DNA of 64,000 nucleotides from Trypanosoma brucei (Eukaryota): NCBI GenBank assembly GCA_000002445.1, contig CP000068.1, positions 1,408,001 to 1,472,000 of the forward strand, read 5' to 3'. Shown piece by piece: positions 61,740 to 64,000 of this stretch (position 1 is its first letter; each line of letters starts with the position of its first letter). The notes under the pieces were generated by a model. It saw only the letters and a program-made list of their open reading frames with translations, ran no database searches and was not told where the DNA came from. The position numbers and the translations under genes were made by a program.

Positions 61740-62224
61740 GATGGTGCCGCTGGCTTACTGATAACGAATATAGGAAAAATTTGATTGAACATGGCTGGCT
61801 GCCGAATAAGGTGGCCAACCGCTTTAAAAAAACCGGCACGCCGTTTAAAAAAATATATTTAACAAAGCTACAAAAAAAAGAATTCAAAAAATTCAAAAAC
61901 CTAAAAAAATAGGGGGAAAGGAAATCATGTGACTGCTGTCGCTTAAAAAATTAAAAGGTTAAAATAAAAAATTAAAGTCGAAAAAAATTTAACCGTAAAA
62001 AAAACAAGTCGTAGCGTCACCGCGAATGAAAAAAAAAAACTGGGTTGACGGCGTGGGTAGGAAAAAAGTCGCCGCTAGACTGATGTCGAAAAAAGTTAGG
62101 GTCCGCATAACAAAACAGCCGCTGAATCACTTTTAAAAAAATTAAAAAATTAGCAAACTTATTGTAAACAAGTAAAAAAAAGAGCAAAAAAACAAAAACA
62201 ATTAAATGAAAGAAAATCAAAAAA
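61740..62224. repeat. A-rich low-complexity block with interspersed 15-25-bp GC-rich islands, adjacent to the telomeric tract
   Basis: Runs of a6-a11 separate islands such as aaccggcacgccgttt, gtcgtagcgtcaccgcgaatg, ctgggttgacggcgtgggtagg, gtcgccgctagactgatgtcg and gttagggtccgcataacaaaacagccgctgaatcac. No ORF. Confidence 0.6.
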
Positions 62225-62340
62225 TAGTTAGAGTAAAATTAAACCTAACCCTAACCCTAACCCTAACCCTAACCCTAACCTTAACCCTAATCCTAACCCT
62301 AACCCTAACGCTAACCCTAACCCTAACCCTAACCCTACCT
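62225..62340 (-). repeat. Interstitial telomeric repeat tract, ~16 degenerate CCCTAA units (TTAGGG on minus strand)
   Basis: cctaaccctaaccctaa... with variant units ccttaa, tcctaa and cgctaa and a degenerate end (ccctacctaacctcctaactaactaacc). Lies 130 bp downstream (minus sense) of an exact VSG 16-mer. Confidence 0.95.
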
Positions 62341-62474
62341 AACCTCCTAACTAACTAACCTTCCTACAAAAATAAAAAAAAAAGGGAAAGAAGAAAAAAA
62401 TTTTAGTTACCAGAAAATATTTTTATCAGAATCACAAACTTACAAACAAAGTTCAATTTTTCGGCTGAATTTAG

Positions 62475-62490
62475 GTGTTAAAATATATCA
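62475..62490 (-). promoter_or_regulatory. VSG 3'UTR 16-mer, exact match
   Basis: gtgttaaaatatatca is the reverse complement of TGATATATTTTAACAC. Confidence 0.85.
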
Positions 62491-62533
62491 GAAGTTTTCA
62501 AGTGGCAAAATTCTTTTTAAAGAGAGGGGGAAA

Positions 62534-63987
62534 TTAAAAAAGCGAAAATTCAGGCCAAAGAGGGACTTTGTTAATCACAAATGAATTGCTTGCTGTGGTG
62601 TTTGTGGGTTTTCCATCTTCTTTTTTTCCCTCTACTTCTTTGTTGGCTTCCTCACTCAGTGTGCACTTTTTGTTTGCATCAGTGGCATTCTCTTTCCATT
62701 TGCATGGGGATTTGCATTCATTTTGTCCCTTCTTGTTGCAGGTTTCTTCTGTTTCAGTGATTTGCGGTTTGCATGCCTTTTTAGCTGCATCAGCTACCGC
62801 TAACATACTTTTGCCTTCAAAGTAACTGACTGCTACTTCGAAATCGTCAGACCTTGCTATATCCTCTAGCGACTTTTCAGGTTGGTCCTTTTCCAGTTTT
62901 TTGAAACTTACTCGCGTGCTTTTCAGTCCAGTAATAAATGTCGCCGAAAAATTTGAGGCATCTCCTATTAGTTCTTGCAATGCCCCTTGTACTGCCGTCT
63001 TCCCTTCGCCTGTTGTTGGGTCGCTTACTTTCTTTGGCCCCATCATCAAATTGTTTGCTGCTTGTAGTGCTTCTGGCGAATTTTTTATCGCTTCTGGGGT
63101 TATTGCTGCAAGTGATGGCGCCGGATTTGCTGCGCTTTGTTGGGCCTCGCAAAGCAGCCGAGCTAGTCGATCGCTGGGTGGCTCGTCGGCGGTGCTGCTC
63201 GGGGCGTCTTTGCATTTGGTTTCTCCGTGAGTTGTTTGTTTCAGCGGCTTGGGTGTCGTCCCAGTTTGCGTCGTTCCTGGCCATGTTATTCCGGCGGTTA
63301 GAGTGCCGGTGCCGCTGTTGGCTGTTATGCACGTTGTCCCGCTGGCTCTGCTGAATGTGTCTGATGCCAGCGTGTTTGTTAGAGTTGCGCCGTTCGTTAG
63401 TACTGCGAGATCCGTTGTGTCCGATACTTTGATTTTTGTGGCGGCTGTTGGTGCCGTCAAGGGTACATTAACACCCGCGTCCGCCAGAGTTTTGAAGTTG
63501 CAGCTGCTGTCGGGGCGGGCAGTTATCGTCATCGTCTGTTTGCACGTTGTTGAGTCAGGCGTCGTCGCTGTTCCTAGAGTTGCTGTTTTCTGAAGCTCGA
63601 AAGCATGCTGGCGCCCGCGTAAATAGCCTTCGTGTCGGGACATTGCTACGATGAGGTCGACCTCTTTGTGCATCTTCTCGTTCTGTGCCTTGCCGACTTG
63701 CTTCAAGAGGGTCGTCGCATACGCTTTTAGAACAGCGTAGAAATGCTTTTTTTCGGGTCTGTCTCCACTCCCCTTGCGAGGTCCCACACTTTTGTCATCG
63801 TTGCAAGGCTTTCGCTGCTTGGGCCGCTTTGTTTAATTCGCGGAGTGTAAGTTTCGACAGCTGTTTTGAAATAAACTGCTTCTTTGCATGGAGTGTTTAT
63901 TGCGCTAAGCATGTCGTCCTCTGGTGTCGCCTGCGAGATGGTTACCACCGCTGCATAAAACAGAAGGCCGACCGTGGATGGTGCCAT
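62534..63987 (-). pseudogene. VSG: Telomere-tract-proximal VSG, near-intact (single frameshift in an A7 run at ~63720 between signal peptide and body)
   Basis: Signal peptide MAPSTVGLLFYAAVVTISQA (63727-63987) in one frame. The 417-aa body 62534-63787 starts at GTG in another frame. C-terminus ...KPTNTTASNSFVINKVPLWPEFSLF. The gene continues to the window edge only in its 5' flank. Confidence 0.8.
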
Positions 63988-64000
63988 ATTTATTCCGCCT

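Noticed and set aside
62225..62340. Telomeric hexamers as an assembly artefact or contig end
   Set aside because: The tract is flanked by unique sequence on both sides within the window and contains several point-mutated units. This is more consistent with an old interstitial tract. Read-level confirmation is still needed.

Overview
This window reads as a subtelomeric VSG (variant surface glycoprotein) array of an African trypanosome, almost certainly Trypanosoma brucei. It is eukaryotic DNA, so prokaryotic feature types (CRISPR, operons) do not apply. The evidence is threefold: degenerate CCCTAA/TTAGGG hexamers, canonical 70-bp repeats with (TAA/ATT)n tracts, and more than a dozen ORFs with VSG hallmarks (N-terminal signal peptide, Cys-rich C-terminal domain, hydrophobic GPI-signal tail such as ...SFVIHKAPLL.AFLL, and the 3'UTR 16-mer TGATATATTTTAACAC).

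Layout: about 16 VSG genes, pseudogenes or fragments, all on the minus strand. Each has a short block of 70-bp repeats upstream (at higher coordinates) and a conserved ~250-bp 3' flank that abuts the next cassette. Five ORFs look full-length (247-1671, 16509-17954, 31714-33171, 48524-50050, and 62534-63987 apart from one frameshift). The rest are frameshifted or truncated.

Mobile DNA: a 5.2-kb ingi non-LTR retrotransposon on the plus strand (~21490-26765) with a canonical 2A peptide (DVEENPGP), broken by a stop and at least three frameshifts. There are also two ~5.7-kb degenerate ingi-related (DIRE-like) elements, in inverted orientation (6337-12032 minus, 35866-41553 plus), each sitting in a VSG 3' flank and each ending in a short poly(A).

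Other notable items: an interstitial degenerate telomeric tract (62225-62340) just downstream of a VSG in the way a telomere would be, next to an odd A-rich block. A small type-II-membrane, GT-A-fold-like gene (14695-15135) lies inside a VSG co-transposed region and has a decayed paralogue at 54280-54720. Several otherwise intact VSGs have lost their stop codons and carry C-terminal extensions. Coordinates of pseudogenes and repeat boundaries are approximate (about +/-20 bp). Some 'M' starts in the supplied ORF track are GTG/TTG, not ATG.
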